From contig JBJTMY010000265.1 in NCBI GenBank assembly GCA_046073825.1, positions 1-57,438 of the forward strand: a DNA stretch of 57,438 nucleotides, in the 5' to 3' direction. A model generated the notes under the pieces. It saw nothing but the letters and a program-made list of their open reading frames with translations, was not told the origin of the DNA and made no database searches. Positions 8,003 to 18,699 of this stretch are shown here, piece by piece. The first letter of the stretch is position 1. Each line of letters begins with the position of its first letter. The stretch comes from Bacteroidota bacterium (GTDB taxonomy: Bacteria; Bacteroidota; Bacteroidia; AKYH767-A; OLB10). A program made the translations under genes and the position numbers.

Positions 8003-11000
8003 ATGAAAAAACTACTACTTGCAGTATTCTGCTGTATTGGTGCATTAATGCTAACCACACAAGATGCATCAGCAACCCACTTAATGGGAGGTAATATGAC
8101 CTATACTTATTTGGGTCTTAATTCAGGTACTGGATTATATGATTATCGCGTTACATTAAAAATTTATCGTTTATGTGACCCTGGAAGTTCTCAATTACCA
8201 ACGAGTACTTCTATTGGAGCGTATCAAGACAATCCTGGAAACCCTAGTTTAAAACAGCGCGTTGCTGTAGCCACATTAAACTTGATTTCTCAGCAAGCAA
8301 TTGTACCTCCTAACGCTGGGGCTAGCTGTTCTTTTGCACCTAACGTTTGTGTAGAAGAAGGTATCTATCAAACCACTGTTTCCGTTCCAGCAAACACTAC
8401 AGGATATTACTTTATTGCTGACCGTTGTTGTCGTAATAATAATATCGCTAACTTGAGTAACCCAGGTGCAACGGGTGAAGCATATTATGCTTATGCTCCA
8501 GCTCCATCAATTATTAATAACTCTCCGACATTTGCGGTACCACCAGTACCTTTTATTTGTGCAAATGATACAGTAAGTATATTAAATCAAGCGATTGATG
8601 TGGATGGTGATTCATTGAGTTATTCATTCGTCACCCCTTTTTCAGGAATTTCTAGTTCTGGTTCTCCTAGTCCAACAGCTCCCACTACTTATACTTGGCC
8701 TATTCCAACAGTAGCTTACGCTACGAATTTTAGTAACACACAACCTTTCGGTTTGAATAGCTATGCATCAATGAATCCAACCACAGGACTCGGTGTATAT
8801 GTTTCGCCAAACCAAGGGTATTATGTTGTTGCCGTTGAAATCAGTGAATACAGAAATGGTGTGTTAATCGGATTGTCAAGATTAGATATTCAAATTATTG
8901 TTATTAATTGTCCAACAAATCCTGCTCCTACGTTATCTTCCTCTCAAACAACTTATACCATTCAAGAAGGACAAACACTTTGTTTTAATGTTGGTTATTC
9001 CGATCCAAACGGAGATAGTTTGTTCATCACGCATACAGGAGATATTTTTAATTCAACATTAGTAAATCCAACAGCGACACTCGCAAACGCATCAGGTGAT
9101 TCAACAGTTAGTACTCAATTTTGTTGGACAACATCATGTAATCAAGGAAGATCTACTCCTTATCAATTTTCAACTTCAGCTACTGATAATGGATGTCCTG
9201 CAAAAGTGACAAACACTGTTTATACTATTAATGTAATTAACACGCAAAAGCCAACCGTAATGAATGGGCCAGATACGTTGTGTTTGAATGCAGCAACGGG
9301 AATTGCTTATTCTGTTTCATCAACATCTGGTTATACTTATCATTGGATTGTTACGAATGGAACTCAGGTTGCTGGAACTAACACTGCGTCTGCATCTGTA
9401 AACTTTTCCTCTTCAGGATTAGCTACTGTAAGTATTGTTGCGTTAAATCCATTTGGCTGTCCATCTGATACCTTAACAAAAACAGTTTATATTAAACCAC
9501 AGCCTGCAGCTGTTGCAGGAAGTGATGTTTCATTTTGCTCTGGGGGTCAATCTACTTTAGGAACTAGCTCAACCACTGGCTATTCTTATTCATGGTCGCC
9601 AGCAACAAATTTGAGCAGCTCTACTATTTCTAATCCAGTAGTTACGATTAGCAATACAAGTTCTACACCAACTACTACTACTTATATTTTAACCACTACT
9701 TTAAATGGTTGTACTAACAAAGATACTGTTGTAGTAACTGCAAATCCCTACCCAGTTGCTAATGCAGGTAACAACGTATCTATTTGTAGTGGAACAAGTG
9801 CTCCATTAGGAGCCTTATCAACATCAGGTTATAATTATTCGTGGACGCCAACGAATGGATTAAGCAACTCTGCTATTTCTAATCCTGTATTTACATTAAC
9901 CAATACTGGAAATACTCCTGATACATTGCATTATGTGGTTTTGGTTTCTAACAATTTTACATGTAGCGCAACAGATACCGTTCAAATTATTGTTCGACCA
10001 GTTCCTACTGCAGTTGCTGGAATTGATACCAGTTTTTGTTCTGGTGGTAGTGGTACCATTGGTTCTTCTAACACGAGTGGATATACGTACAGCTGGACAC
10101 CATCGAACGGATTAACTTCACCAACTGGTAGTAGCTCTAGTGTTTCTCTTACCAACAGTACAACGGCAAATGATACTGTTAATTATATTCTTACGACTTC
10201 TTGGTATGGTTGTACTGCAAAAGATACTGTTAAAGTTATTGTAAAACCAGTGCCTACTGCAAATGCAGGAAGTAATTTGTACTTATGTTCAGGAGTTAAT
10301 GGACAATTAGGAACTATTTCGACAAGTGGCTATAATTATATATGGACACCTGCAACAGGATTAAGTAATCCGAATGTATCTAACCCTGTTGTGTCATTAA
10401 CTAATAATGGATCCACTACCGATACTGTTTTTTATTACTTAAATACAGACTTAGCGGGTTGTCAAAATAATGATACCGTTCGCGTAGTAGTTGCGCCAAT
10501 TCCAACAGCTAATGCCGGTGTTGATCAAACTTATTGTTCTGGTCAGACAGTTACTATTGGAAGTACAACAACTAGCGGATATTCATATTCATGGACACCT
10601 GTAACAGGTTTATCAACTCCAACAGGAAGTACATCCACTGTAACATTAACTAATACTACGACGGCTAATGATACCGTTAGTTATATTCTAACTACCACAT
10701 GGTTTGGTTGCACAGCTAAAGATACCGTAAAGGTGATTGTTAAACCTGTTCCAACAGCCAATGCAGGTAGCAATTTGTATTTATGTTCAGGAGTTAATGG
10801 ACAATTAGGTACGATTTCTACTAGCGGTTACAATTATTCATGGACACCAAGTACGGGATTAAGTAATCCATCAATTTCAAATCCTGTTGTTTCATTAACT
10901 AACAATGGCGCTACCACTGATACTGTTTTCTATTACTTAAATACTGATCTTGCTGGTTGTCAGAATTACGATACTGTAAGAGTTGTTGTTGGACCTGTAC

Positions 11001-14000
11001 CAACAGCTAATGCTGGAACTAGCCAAACCTATTGCTCAGGACAAAGTGCTACTATTGGAAGTACATCAACAAGTGGTTATACTTATTCTTGGACACCAAG
11101 TACGGGATTAAGTAGTACAACTGTTTCTGACCCAACATCTGCTGCAACTAATTCAGGAAACTCCCCAATAACAATTACCTATTCGGTTATAACAACTTGG
11201 TTCGGTTGTAAAGACACAGCAACAGTAGATGTTACAATCAAGCCTGTACCTGCATCTGTTGCTGGAGTAAATCAATTACTTTGTTCAGGAAGCACTGTCC
11301 AATTAGGAGGAACAACAACTAACGGTTACACCTATACGTGGTCTCCTGGAACTAACTTAAGTGATAGTTTGATTTCTAATCCTACTCTTTCAGACACTAC
11401 CACTGCACTAACCCCAGACACTTTATTTTATTCTGTTACAACAGAATTAAATGGTTGTACCTCTTCTGATACCGTACAAGTAGTTTTAAGTCCTGTACCT
11501 ACTGCGCAAGCAGGTAATGATATTACTTTCTGTTCAGGACAATCTGGCACTATTGGAGATTTATCGATAACCAACTATAATTACTCTTGGTCTCCATCTA
11601 CTGGGATTTCAGGACCAACTCAATCTTCAACTACTGTTACGCTAAATAATAGCACCACTGCTATTGAAACACACAACTATATCTTAACCACCAACTTATT
11701 TGGATGTCTTGACCATGACACTGTTGCTGTAAATGTAAAACCACTTCCTATTTCAGAAGCAGGTACTGCGATTTCTTCTTGCAACGGCGATACGGTTTCC
11801 ATTGGAGCAAATGCAACTAACGGTTACACCTATGTGTGGACACCAAATACGGCATTATCATCTGACACAACATCTACAACTCAAGTTTACATTAGCAATA
11901 CTGGAACTTCGGCATCTACTATTTATTACACAGTTGTAACAACATTAAATGGTTGTACTACTTCTGATAGTGTTGCTGTTACTTCGAATCCACTTCCAAT
12001 TGTTACTACTCAAGCAAATCCATCAGCAATTTGTATTGGACAATCTACCACAGTAAGTGCTTCTGGAGCATCGACCTATAATTGGTATGATATATTATCT
12101 CCTGGGGTTGCTGTAGGAACAGGAAGTGCTTTAACGGTAACACCACAAACAACCACTACTTATTTTGTAGAAGGGACAAGTGCTGCTAATTGCATTAGTT
12201 ACGATACAATTACGATTACCGTTAATCCATTACCAATTGTGCAAATTTTAACTGCATCTACTAATTTATGTTATGGCGATACAATGACATTGACAGGTAG
12301 TGGCGCAACAAATTATTCTTGGACAGAATTAGCAACTGGAAATTCATTGGGTAGTACATCCTCCATTAATGTTGCTCCCACCTCAAATACAAGTTATATA
12401 TTAAATGGAATAGATGGTAATTCATGTGCAAATGCAGATACGATTGATATCACTGTTAATCCTGCTCCAACTGTAAATGGAATTACAGGAACTTTATCCG
12501 TTTGTCCAGGAGCAACAGGTGTTCAATATTGGGTGAACAATCCAAATCCTAGTTCTAGTTACAATTGGATAATTACCAATGGAACTATTGCTTCAGGGCA
12601 AGGTGGGGATACAATCACAATCGACTGGCCTGGAATCCAAACTCCGGCTTTAGTTTCTGTGGTTGAAGTAACGGACAAAGGTTGTCCTTCAGATACAGTT
12701 ATGCTACCGGTTAACATTAATGTTGTTCTTGACCCTCTAGCTCCTACTGGTGCAAATACGTTATGTGCGAATCTTGCTCAAGGAATTTCATATACAACAT
12801 TAAACACTCCTGGATCGGTTTACACATGGCATGCACAAGGTGGTACAATTATCAGTGGTGATGGGACTAATAATGTAGTTGTTGACTGGAACGTTGCGGG
12901 TCCGCAAATAGTAGCATTATGGTACGACGAAAACAGTACAACGATCGATACTGTTTGTGCGGGAGTATCTGACACCTTGTATGTAACTATTAATCCTATT
13001 CCATCTACAAGTGCAATTACAGGAAATAATGCAATTTGTGTTGGCGATTCAGCAACATATAGCGTAATTAATACCACTGGAAGTACATACAGCTGGAATA
13101 TTTCAGGTGGAACATTTAATGGAATATCGACATCCAACTCTACTACTGCTACTATGACAACTGTTCCAAGTGCAGTAGTAAGTGTTCAAGAAACGAATAA
13201 TTATGGTTGTATTGGTACAACAGTAACATACAATGTTACTGTCAATGCACTGCCTAACGCAGATGCAGGTACGACAGCTACCATTTGTTCAGGTACAACA
13301 ACCACATTAAATGCAAGTGGAGGAACATCTTATGCTTGGACGACAAATAGCACATTGGATAATCTTACTATCTCAAATCCTGTGGCATCGCCTACTACTA
13401 CTACAACTTACTATGTTTTAGTTACAGATGCAAATGGATGTAAAAAATCAGATAGCGTTATGGTAGTTGTTAATCAATTACCAAATGTAACTGCTAGCAA
13501 TAGCACAGCAATTTGTATTGGAAGTTCGACAACAATTACCGCTTCTGGAGCGAGTAATTATGTATGGACACCAACAACAGGATTAAGTAGTTCAACAATT
13601 GCTAATCCAGTTGCAAATCCAACAAGCACAACTACCTATTCAGTAGTTGGAACTGATAACAATGGTTGTTCAAACTCGGCAAACACAACAATAACCGTAA
13701 ATCCTTTACCAATAGCTGTCGTTTCAAGTGGAGGAGTTATTTGTAATGGAGGAAGTATAGCCTTAACTGCAAGTGGTGGCTCAACCTACAACTGGAGCCC
13801 TTCAACAGGATTAAATAATGCAACAATTGCGAATCCGATTGCTTCTCCGACTGTTAATACCACCTATACTGTTATTGTAACAGATGCAAATGGATGTACT
13901 GACGATGATCAAGTTACTATCAATGTAAATGATCAGCCAATAGCAGACTTTGCTATTGACAGCGCTGTTACTGTCATTGGTTGCCAGGGAGTAGAAATCA

Positions 14001-14458
14001 CTTTAATTAACAATAGCACTAATTCCTTAAATTATGAATGGAATTTTGGTGATGGCAATACTACAACGGATGCAAACCCTACTCATATTTATGCATTTGG
14101 ATCAACCATCAACATTACACTAATTGCGTATAACAATCAATGTTCGGATACATTAGTAGCACCATTTGGACCTGGCTTATTAGCAGATTATTTCAACAAC
14201 GTACCTAATATCTTCACACCAAATAATGATGGTGTAAATGATTGTTTCAACTTAGGGGCTAACACCAAATTTGAAGATTGTACGTCATGGGAAATATACA
14301 ATCGTTGGGGCACAAAAGTATTTACAAGCAGTTCGGCACAAACATGTTGGAATGGTAAAAAAGATAATACGGGTGAAGATCAACCGGCAGGAACCTATTT
14401 TTACATTCTCAAAGCTGGAAGCAATGAATTTAAAGGTACAGTCTTATTGAACCGATAG
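8003..14458 (+). CDS. Giant Thr/Ser-rich surface adhesin-like protein with Ig/PKD-like repeats and T9SS type B (gliding-motility-associated) C-terminal domain
   Basis: Signal peptide then ATHLMGG N-terminal domain with RCCRN; many ~80-aa repeats (PxAxAG...CSG...YSWxP...GC...DTV); PKD WNFGDG; ends PNIFTPNNDGVND...IYNRWG...GTYFY...LNR. Confidence 0.92.
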   Translation: MKKLLLAVFCCIGALMLTTQDASATHLMGGNMTYTYLGLNSGTGLYDYRVTLKIYRLCDPGSSQLPTSTSIGAYQDNPGNPSLKQRVAVATLNLISQQAIVPPNAGASCSFAPNVCVEEGIYQTTVSVPANTTGYYFIADRCCRNNNIANLSNPGATGEAYYAYAPAPSIINNSPTFAVPPVPFICANDTVSILNQAIDVDGDSLSYSFVTPFSGISSSGSPSPTAPTTYTWPIPTVAYATNFSNTQPFGLNSYASMNPTTGLGVYVSPNQGYYVVAVEISEYRNGVLIGLSRLDIQIIVINCPTNPAPTLSSSQTTYTIQEGQTLCFNVGYSDPNGDSLFITHTGDIFNSTLVNPTATLANASGDSTVSTQFCWTTSCNQGRSTPYQFSTSATDNGCPAKVTNTVYTINVINTQKPTVMNGPDTLCLNAATGIAYSVSSTSGYTYHWIVTNGTQVAGTNTASASVNFSSSGLATVSIVALNPFGCPSDTLTKTVYIKPQPAAVAGSDVSFCSGGQSTLGTSSTTGYSYSWSPATNLSSSTISNPVVTISNTSSTPTTTTYILTTTLNGCTNKDTVVVTANPYPVANAGNNVSICSGTSAPLGALSTSGYNYSWTPTNGLSNSAISNPVFTLTNTGNTPDTLHYVVLVSNNFTCSATDTVQIIVRPVPTAVAGIDTSFCSGGSGTIGSSNTSGYTYSWTPSNGLTSPTGSSSSVSLTNSTTANDTVNYILTTSWYGCTAKDTVKVIVKPVPTANAGSNLYLCSGVNGQLGTISTSGYNYIWTPATGLSNPNVSNPVVSLTNNGSTTDTVFYYLNTDLAGCQNNDTVRVVVAPIPTANAGVDQTYCSGQTVTIGSTTTSGYSYSWTPVTGLSTPTGSTSTVTLTNTTTANDTVSYILTTTWFGCTAKDTVKVIVKPVPTANAGSNLYLCSGVNGQLGTISTSGYNYSWTPSTGLSNPSISNPVVSLTNNGATTDTVFYYLNTDLAGCQNYDTVRVVVGPVPTANAGTSQTYCSGQSATIGSTSTSGYTYSWTPSTGLSSTTVSDPTSAATNSGNSPITITYSVITTWFGCKDTATVDVTIKPVPASVAGVNQLLCSGSTVQLGGTTTNGYTYTWSPGTNLSDSLISNPTLSDTTTALTPDTLFYSVTTELNGCTSSDTVQVVLSPVPTAQAGNDITFCSGQSGTIGDLSITNYNYSWSPSTGISGPTQSSTTVTLNNSTTAIETHNYILTTNLFGCLDHDTVAVNVKPLPISEAGTAISSCNGDTVSIGANATNGYTYVWTPNTALSSDTTSTTQVYISNTGTSASTIYYTVVTTLNGCTTSDSVAVTSNPLPIVTTQANPSAICIGQSTTVSASGASTYNWYDILSPGVAVGTGSALTVTPQTTTTYFVEGTSAANCISYDTITITVNPLPIVQILTASTNLCYGDTMTLTGSGATNYSWTELATGNSLGSTSSINVAPTSNTSYILNGIDGNSCANADTIDITVNPAPTVNGITGTLSVCPGATGVQYWVNNPNPSSSYNWIITNGTIASGQGGDTITIDWPGIQTPALVSVVEVTDKGCPSDTVMLPVNINVVLDPLAPTGANTLCANLAQGISYTTLNTPGSVYTWHAQGGTIISGDGTNNVVVDWNVAGPQIVALWYDENSTTIDTVCAGVSDTLYVTINPIPSTSAITGNNAICVGDSATYSVINTTGSTYSWNISGGTFNGISTSNSTTATMTTVPSAVVSVQETNNYGCIGTTVTYNVTVNALPNADAGTTATICSGTTTTLNASGGTSYAWTTNSTLDNLTISNPVASPTTTTTYYVLVTDANGCKKSDSVMVVVNQLPNVTASNSTAICIGSSTTITASGASNYVWTPTTGLSSSTIANPVANPTSTTTYSVVGTDNNGCSNSANTTITVNPLPIAVVSSGGVICNGGSIALTASGGSTYNWSPSTGLNNATIANPIASPTVNTTYTVIVTDANGCTDDDQVTINVNDQPIADFAIDSAVTVIGCQGVEITLINNSTNSLNYEWNFGDGNTTTDANPTHIYAFGSTINITLIAYNNQCSDTLVAPFGPGLLADYFNNVPNIFTPNNDGVNDCFNLGANTKFEDCTSWEIYNRWGTKVFTSSSAQTCWNGKKDNTGEDQPAGTYFYILKAGSNEFKGTVLLNR
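10000..11000 (+). repeat. Intragenic 498-bp (166-aa) tandem duplication; boundaries approximate
   Basis: TTATGTTCAGGAGTTAATGGACAATTAGG occurs at 10283 and 10781; KDTVKVIVKPVPTANAGSNLYLCSGVNGQLGTISTSGYNY is identical in both copies. Confidence 0.9.
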
Positions 14459-14475
14459 TATTTTATAAATATTTG

Positions 14476-14506
14476 AAACGGAGCCTAAAAAGCTCCGTTT
14501 TTTTTT
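14476..14506 (+). terminator. Intrinsic terminator
   Basis: AAACGGAGC-CTAAAAA-GCTCCGTTT followed by a T run. Confidence 0.85.
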
Positions 14507-14578
14507 AACCTTTTTTTGGATTTAACGTAGAACGTCCAAATTGAATGAATTCACCTACTTCATTCAAAAAGACTAATT

Positions 14579-17500
14579 ATGTTAAAATTAAAAACGGGAA
14601 CATTCAGAAGAATCGATAAAAAGATTGAGAGTTCATTTTTAATTGTATTAGTGGTAGCTGTATTAAGTGTTATCGTGAGTTTTTTTGTAATAAAAACGAA
14701 TCAAGACAAAACGGCTGAATTAATCAATAAAACAAATCCCACACTACTGCAAATAAACAAACTGCAGTTATTGGTTCACAATTCTGCCTTATATACCTCC
14801 AATGCAGTTTACAATCAACAGGAATCATATTACCTAGATAGCCTAAGACAATTAAAAAATTACGATTTTATAAAAATAAAATCGAAGTTAATTGCACTTA
14901 ATAAGGTAGATAATCCAGATTACTTTGCACTGAATGAATGTTTATCTAAATATGAAACTATTCTCGATGCAGAGAGTAAATTATTAAATGTTCTATATGC
15001 TAGAATAAATAACGCAGATGCGATTCAAACTGATAAAGCGCAGCTTGCACTGCATAATGAAATACTACCTGCATCAAATGCTATTAGTTACCAACTAAAG
15101 AAAATATCCAATCATCAATCAAATGTATTAATTAAAATACAGGATGAAATGTTATATAGCTATAATTGGATTTTAATAGTTGTAGTTGGTCTTTCATGTA
15201 TGCTTTTAATATTGATGTTAAATGCTGCCTTCATTATAAAAAAACAAATTGTACGTCCTGTACTAAAAGTACAAAATGCCTTATTTCAGCTAGGTCGCGG
15301 AGAATTACCAGAAATCAATATTGAAACACCAGATAATGCTATTGGTGTTATGATTACAGAATTAAAAAAATCAATAATTAGTCTTAGAAAAAAAGCGGCA
15401 TTTGTCGAGGAAATTGGAAAAGGCAATTTTAATCAATCATTTGAGCCATTAAGCGAAAAAGATGTTCAAGGGAAAGCATTAATCGAAATGCGTAATCGTT
15501 TAGCTATTTCCTATGAATCAGAAAAATTAAGACGTTGGCAACACGATGGCTTGGTACAGCTCAATGAAATTATGAGAACCAGTAATAAAGATTTTACTGA
15601 GTTGTTAGAGAAAATTATTGAATCAATTGTAACACATCTAAGAGTTGATCAGGCCGCAGTGTTCTTATTACATAATGAAGACATGAATGATTTACACATT
15701 CAACTTGGAGCCTATTATCAACTAAACACAAAAATTTTAAATAGCAAACGATATGAATTGAAGTCGAGTTTAATCGGAAGAGTCCTTGAAACAAAAACCA
15801 CCATTATTAGTAACGAAACATTTGACCCCTACTTTACCATTGAATATTCCGACGGCAGTGAATCGAATGCATGCAATATAGTAGTAATTCCCTTAATAAC
15901 CAGTGGTACTGTGGTAGGAGCTATTCAAGTAGCTAAATTAAAATCATTTATTCGAGAAGAGGTAGAGCTACTGGAAAAAATGGCTGAACCAATTGCGGCT
16001 AACTTATATAACGTTCGTGCTAATTTAAAAACCAATCAACTTTTAATTGAATCACGTAAGCAGGCGGAAGAATTAGCTTTTCAAGAGCAAGAACTGAAGA
16101 AAATAAATAATGAACTCATTCAAAAGTCAGAATTACTAGAGGCGAGTGAAGAAGAATTGAAATATCAACAAGAAGAATTAAAGAAGGTTAATTTAATTCT
16201 TGAAGATAAAGCCAAGTTATTAGAGGAAAAGAACAGTGCAATTGAGGAAGCGAGGAAACATGTTACTGCTAAAGCACAACAGTTAGAGCAAAGTAATAAA
16301 TATAAGTCGGCCTTTTTGGCAAATATGAGTCATGAATTAAGAACGCCATTAAATAGTATTCTTATTCTTGCAAAATTACTATCAGAGGACAAGACAAATC
16401 ATTTGAATGAAAAACAAAGAGAGCATGCTCAAGTAATTCACAAATCGGGTAGTGACCTTTTAATGTTAATCAATGATATTCTTGATTTATCAAAAATTGA
16501 AGCAGGTAAATTAGATTTGCAATTTGAAAAAATTCCAGTAGAGGAAATCATTGATGATATAAACTCTCTTTTTATTGAATTAGCGAATGAAAATAAAATT
16601 GTTTTTGATATTGAAACAACAATTACAAAAGATGAGTTTATTATCACCGATCGTATACGAGTAGAACAAATATTGAAAAATTTATTGTCGAATGCTTTTA
16701 AATTTACACCAGCTCATGGACGAGTGCATTTGCAGTTTGATTTAGATGATAATCAAAGTAATTTAATAATTAAAGTAAGTGACTCGGGAATTGGAATTCC
16801 TCTTGATAAACAATCGTTAATTTTTGATGCATTTCAACAAGCAGACGGATCGACGAGCAGGAAATTTGGTGGCACAGGATTAGGACTTGCCATTTGCAAA
16901 GAACTTACAACCATGATGGGGGGAAAAATTGAACTCATTAGTGAAAGTGGAAAAGGCAGTTGTTTCATAATAACATTGCCACAAGTAAACAATGAACAAA
17001 TCGAACGAAACAACAACGAGGCAATTAACAAAATTGAAATCAAAAAAGAAGAAATTTTCAAAGAAGAAAATTATAATCATTTAGTTTTAATTGTTGAGGA
17101 CGACATTGTTTTTTCAAGTGTACTTGTTGAATATTGCAAACGGAACAACTTAGATTATTTAGTTGCACATAATGGTGCACAAGCATTTGAATTAACAAAA
17201 ACTTACAGACCTACTAGTATTATCTTGGATTTGATACTGCCGATTATTAATGGTTGGGAATTTATTGAACTAATGAAAGATAATCCAATGCTCTCAACAA
17301 TTCCTATTCATGTTATTTCAGCTGCTGAACAGTCAATGAATGCAGAGACATTAAATGTTAACTCTTACTTACCAAAGCCAGCAACAAAAAAAGACCTTGA
17401 TATATTATTTGATACAATTAAAGCAAACAAAAGGAATACATCACGAATTGTATTTGTTGGAACGCCAAACGAAATTGATAAAGATGTAATTGAATCGCTA

Positions 17501-18184
17501 AATAAATTCAATCACTCAATTCAAATCACCTTTATTGAGGAAGGTTGTGATATGCAAATGAATCAACATGTTGACTGTATTTTAATAAGCAATAATTATG
17601 TAATAAATCAAGACAATTTATCGAAACAATTATTTACCAATTACACTTTAAGTGACAAACCATTAGTTTACATTAATGATTCAACTGATGAATGCATACG
17701 TGAGATTACAACCATCATCGCTCAGGAAAAAATGATGAATGCAGTTGAGATAGAAGATAATTCCAATAAAATTACGGATGTTTTTAGCGACGTTCTTATA
17801 GGTAAAAATGTATTGGTTGTTGATGATGATGTTAGAAATATTTATTCATTAACCAGCATTTTAGAAAATGAACAAATGATTATTCATACCGCCTTTGGGG
17901 GTGATGATGCGATTGAAAAAATCAAATCAGATAAAATAGATATTGTTCTCATGGATATTATGATGCCTGGTAAAAACGGTTACGATACAATGAAAGAAAT
18001 CAGAGCTATGGGTCTATTCAATGATCTTCCACTTATCGCTGTTACAGCGAAAGCGATGAAAGGAGATAAAGAATTATGTATAGAAGCTGGAGCAAATGAT
18101 TACTTAACTAAGCCAATACATACAGAACAATTAATTAAAAAAATGAAACAACAATTAAACACTTTAAAAAATGAAAATGCTTAA
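14579..18184 (+). CDS. Membrane hybrid sensor histidine kinase (periplasmic sensor, HAMP, GAF, coiled coil, HisKA, HATPase, REC domains)
   Basis: Two TM segments; FLANMSHELRTPLN H-box; NLLSNAFKFT, DSGIGI, GGTGLGL boxes; receiver domains VLIVEDD..IILDL and VLVVDDD..VLMDIMMP..KP. Confidence 0.93.
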   Translation: MLKLKTGTFRRIDKKIESSFLIVLVVAVLSVIVSFFVIKTNQDKTAELINKTNPTLLQINKLQLLVHNSALYTSNAVYNQQESYYLDSLRQLKNYDFIKIKSKLIALNKVDNPDYFALNECLSKYETILDAESKLLNVLYARINNADAIQTDKAQLALHNEILPASNAISYQLKKISNHQSNVLIKIQDEMLYSYNWILIVVVGLSCMLLILMLNAAFIIKKQIVRPVLKVQNALFQLGRGELPEINIETPDNAIGVMITELKKSIISLRKKAAFVEEIGKGNFNQSFEPLSEKDVQGKALIEMRNRLAISYESEKLRRWQHDGLVQLNEIMRTSNKDFTELLEKIIESIVTHLRVDQAAVFLLHNEDMNDLHIQLGAYYQLNTKILNSKRYELKSSLIGRVLETKTTIISNETFDPYFTIEYSDGSESNACNIVVIPLITSGTVVGAIQVAKLKSFIREEVELLEKMAEPIAANLYNVRANLKTNQLLIESRKQAEELAFQEQELKKINNELIQKSELLEASEEELKYQQEELKKVNLILEDKAKLLEEKNSAIEEARKHVTAKAQQLEQSNKYKSAFLANMSHELRTPLNSILILAKLLSEDKTNHLNEKQREHAQVIHKSGSDLLMLINDILDLSKIEAGKLDLQFEKIPVEEIIDDINSLFIELANENKIVFDIETTITKDEFIITDRIRVEQILKNLLSNAFKFTPAHGRVHLQFDLDDNQSNLIIKVSDSGIGIPLDKQSLIFDAFQQADGSTSRKFGGTGLGLAICKELTTMMGGKIELISESGKGSCFIITLPQVNNEQIERNNNEAINKIEIKKEEIFKEENYNHLVLIVEDDIVFSSVLVEYCKRNNLDYLVAHNGAQAFELTKTYRPTSIILDLILPIINGWEFIELMKDNPMLSTIPIHVISAAEQSMNAETLNVNSYLPKPATKKDLDILFDTIKANKRNTSRIVFVGTPNEIDKDVIESLNKFNHSIQITFIEEGCDMQMNQHVDCILISNNYVINQDNLSKQLFTNYTLSDKPLVYINDSTDECIREITTIIAQEKMMNAVEIEDNSNKITDVFSDVLIGKNVLVVDDDVRNIYSLTSILENEQMIIHTAFGGDDAIEKIKSDKIDIVLMDIMMPGKNGYDTMKEIRAMGLFNDLPLIAVTAKAMKGDKELCIEAGANDYLTKPIHTEQLIKKMKQQLNTLKNENA

Positions 18185-18581
18185 AGAAAGTAAAATTCTT
18201 ATCGTCCATCACCGACCTCAATTTATATTGGCATTAGAGGCTACTTTAAATAGAAACAATCGTGTTTTCTTAAACGCAACTTCTGCATTAGAAACAATAT
18301 CAATGACGCAAATTGATGATGTAGATTTAATTATTTTAGATTCGAAAATGGAAGACGCCGATATCATTTCATTGACAGGCATTTTAAAAATTCAAGATAA
18401 AACGAAAAATATTCCTCTCATTATTTTAAATGAAACACCTTCTATTTTAGAACATTATTTTCAATCGTGGCCAACGGGAAGTGTAGATTTTGTACAATAT
18501 CCAATTGATGCTAATAAGATTGAATCATCCATTAAAATGTTTGAAAAAAATGAATTCAAATGGAACGTAAAAGTTAAATAA
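18171..18581 (+). CDS. Atypical stand-alone receiver-domain protein
   Basis: KILIVHH...DLIILDSKM...KTKNIPLIIL...VDFVQYP receiver fold; overlaps the kinase stop. Confidence 0.75.
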   Translation: MKMLKESKILIVHHRPQFILALEATLNRNNRVFLNATSALETISMTQIDDVDLIILDSKMEDADIISLTGILKIQDKTKNIPLIILNETPSILEHYFQSWPTGSVDFVQYPIDANKIESSIKMFEKNEFKWNVKVK

Positions 18582-18626
18582 CAAAAAGATGGTTTTAACC
18601 ATCAAGCTTTTAAATTATAATTAAGT

Positions 18627-18668
18627 AAAAGCGATGAGCTGCCGAAGGCAAAGCACATCGCTTTTTTT
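18627..18668 (+). terminator. Intrinsic terminator
   Basis: AAAAGCGATG...GCC-GAA-GGC...CATCGCTTTT followed by a T run. Confidence 0.75.
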
Positions 18669-18699
18669 AATTCATGGAGAATACCTACTTTTATCTTAA

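Noticed and set aside
7669-14458. tRNA-Cys as an integration site for an island carrying the adhesin
   Set aside because: No integrase is present and I found no second copy of the tRNA 3' end in the window; the tRNA has its own terminator.
1-14458. Functional link between the thiol-redox cluster, tRNA-Cys and the Cys-rich adhesin
   Set aside because: They are separated by terminators and unrelated genes (gcdH, hypotheticals); proximity alone is not evidence.
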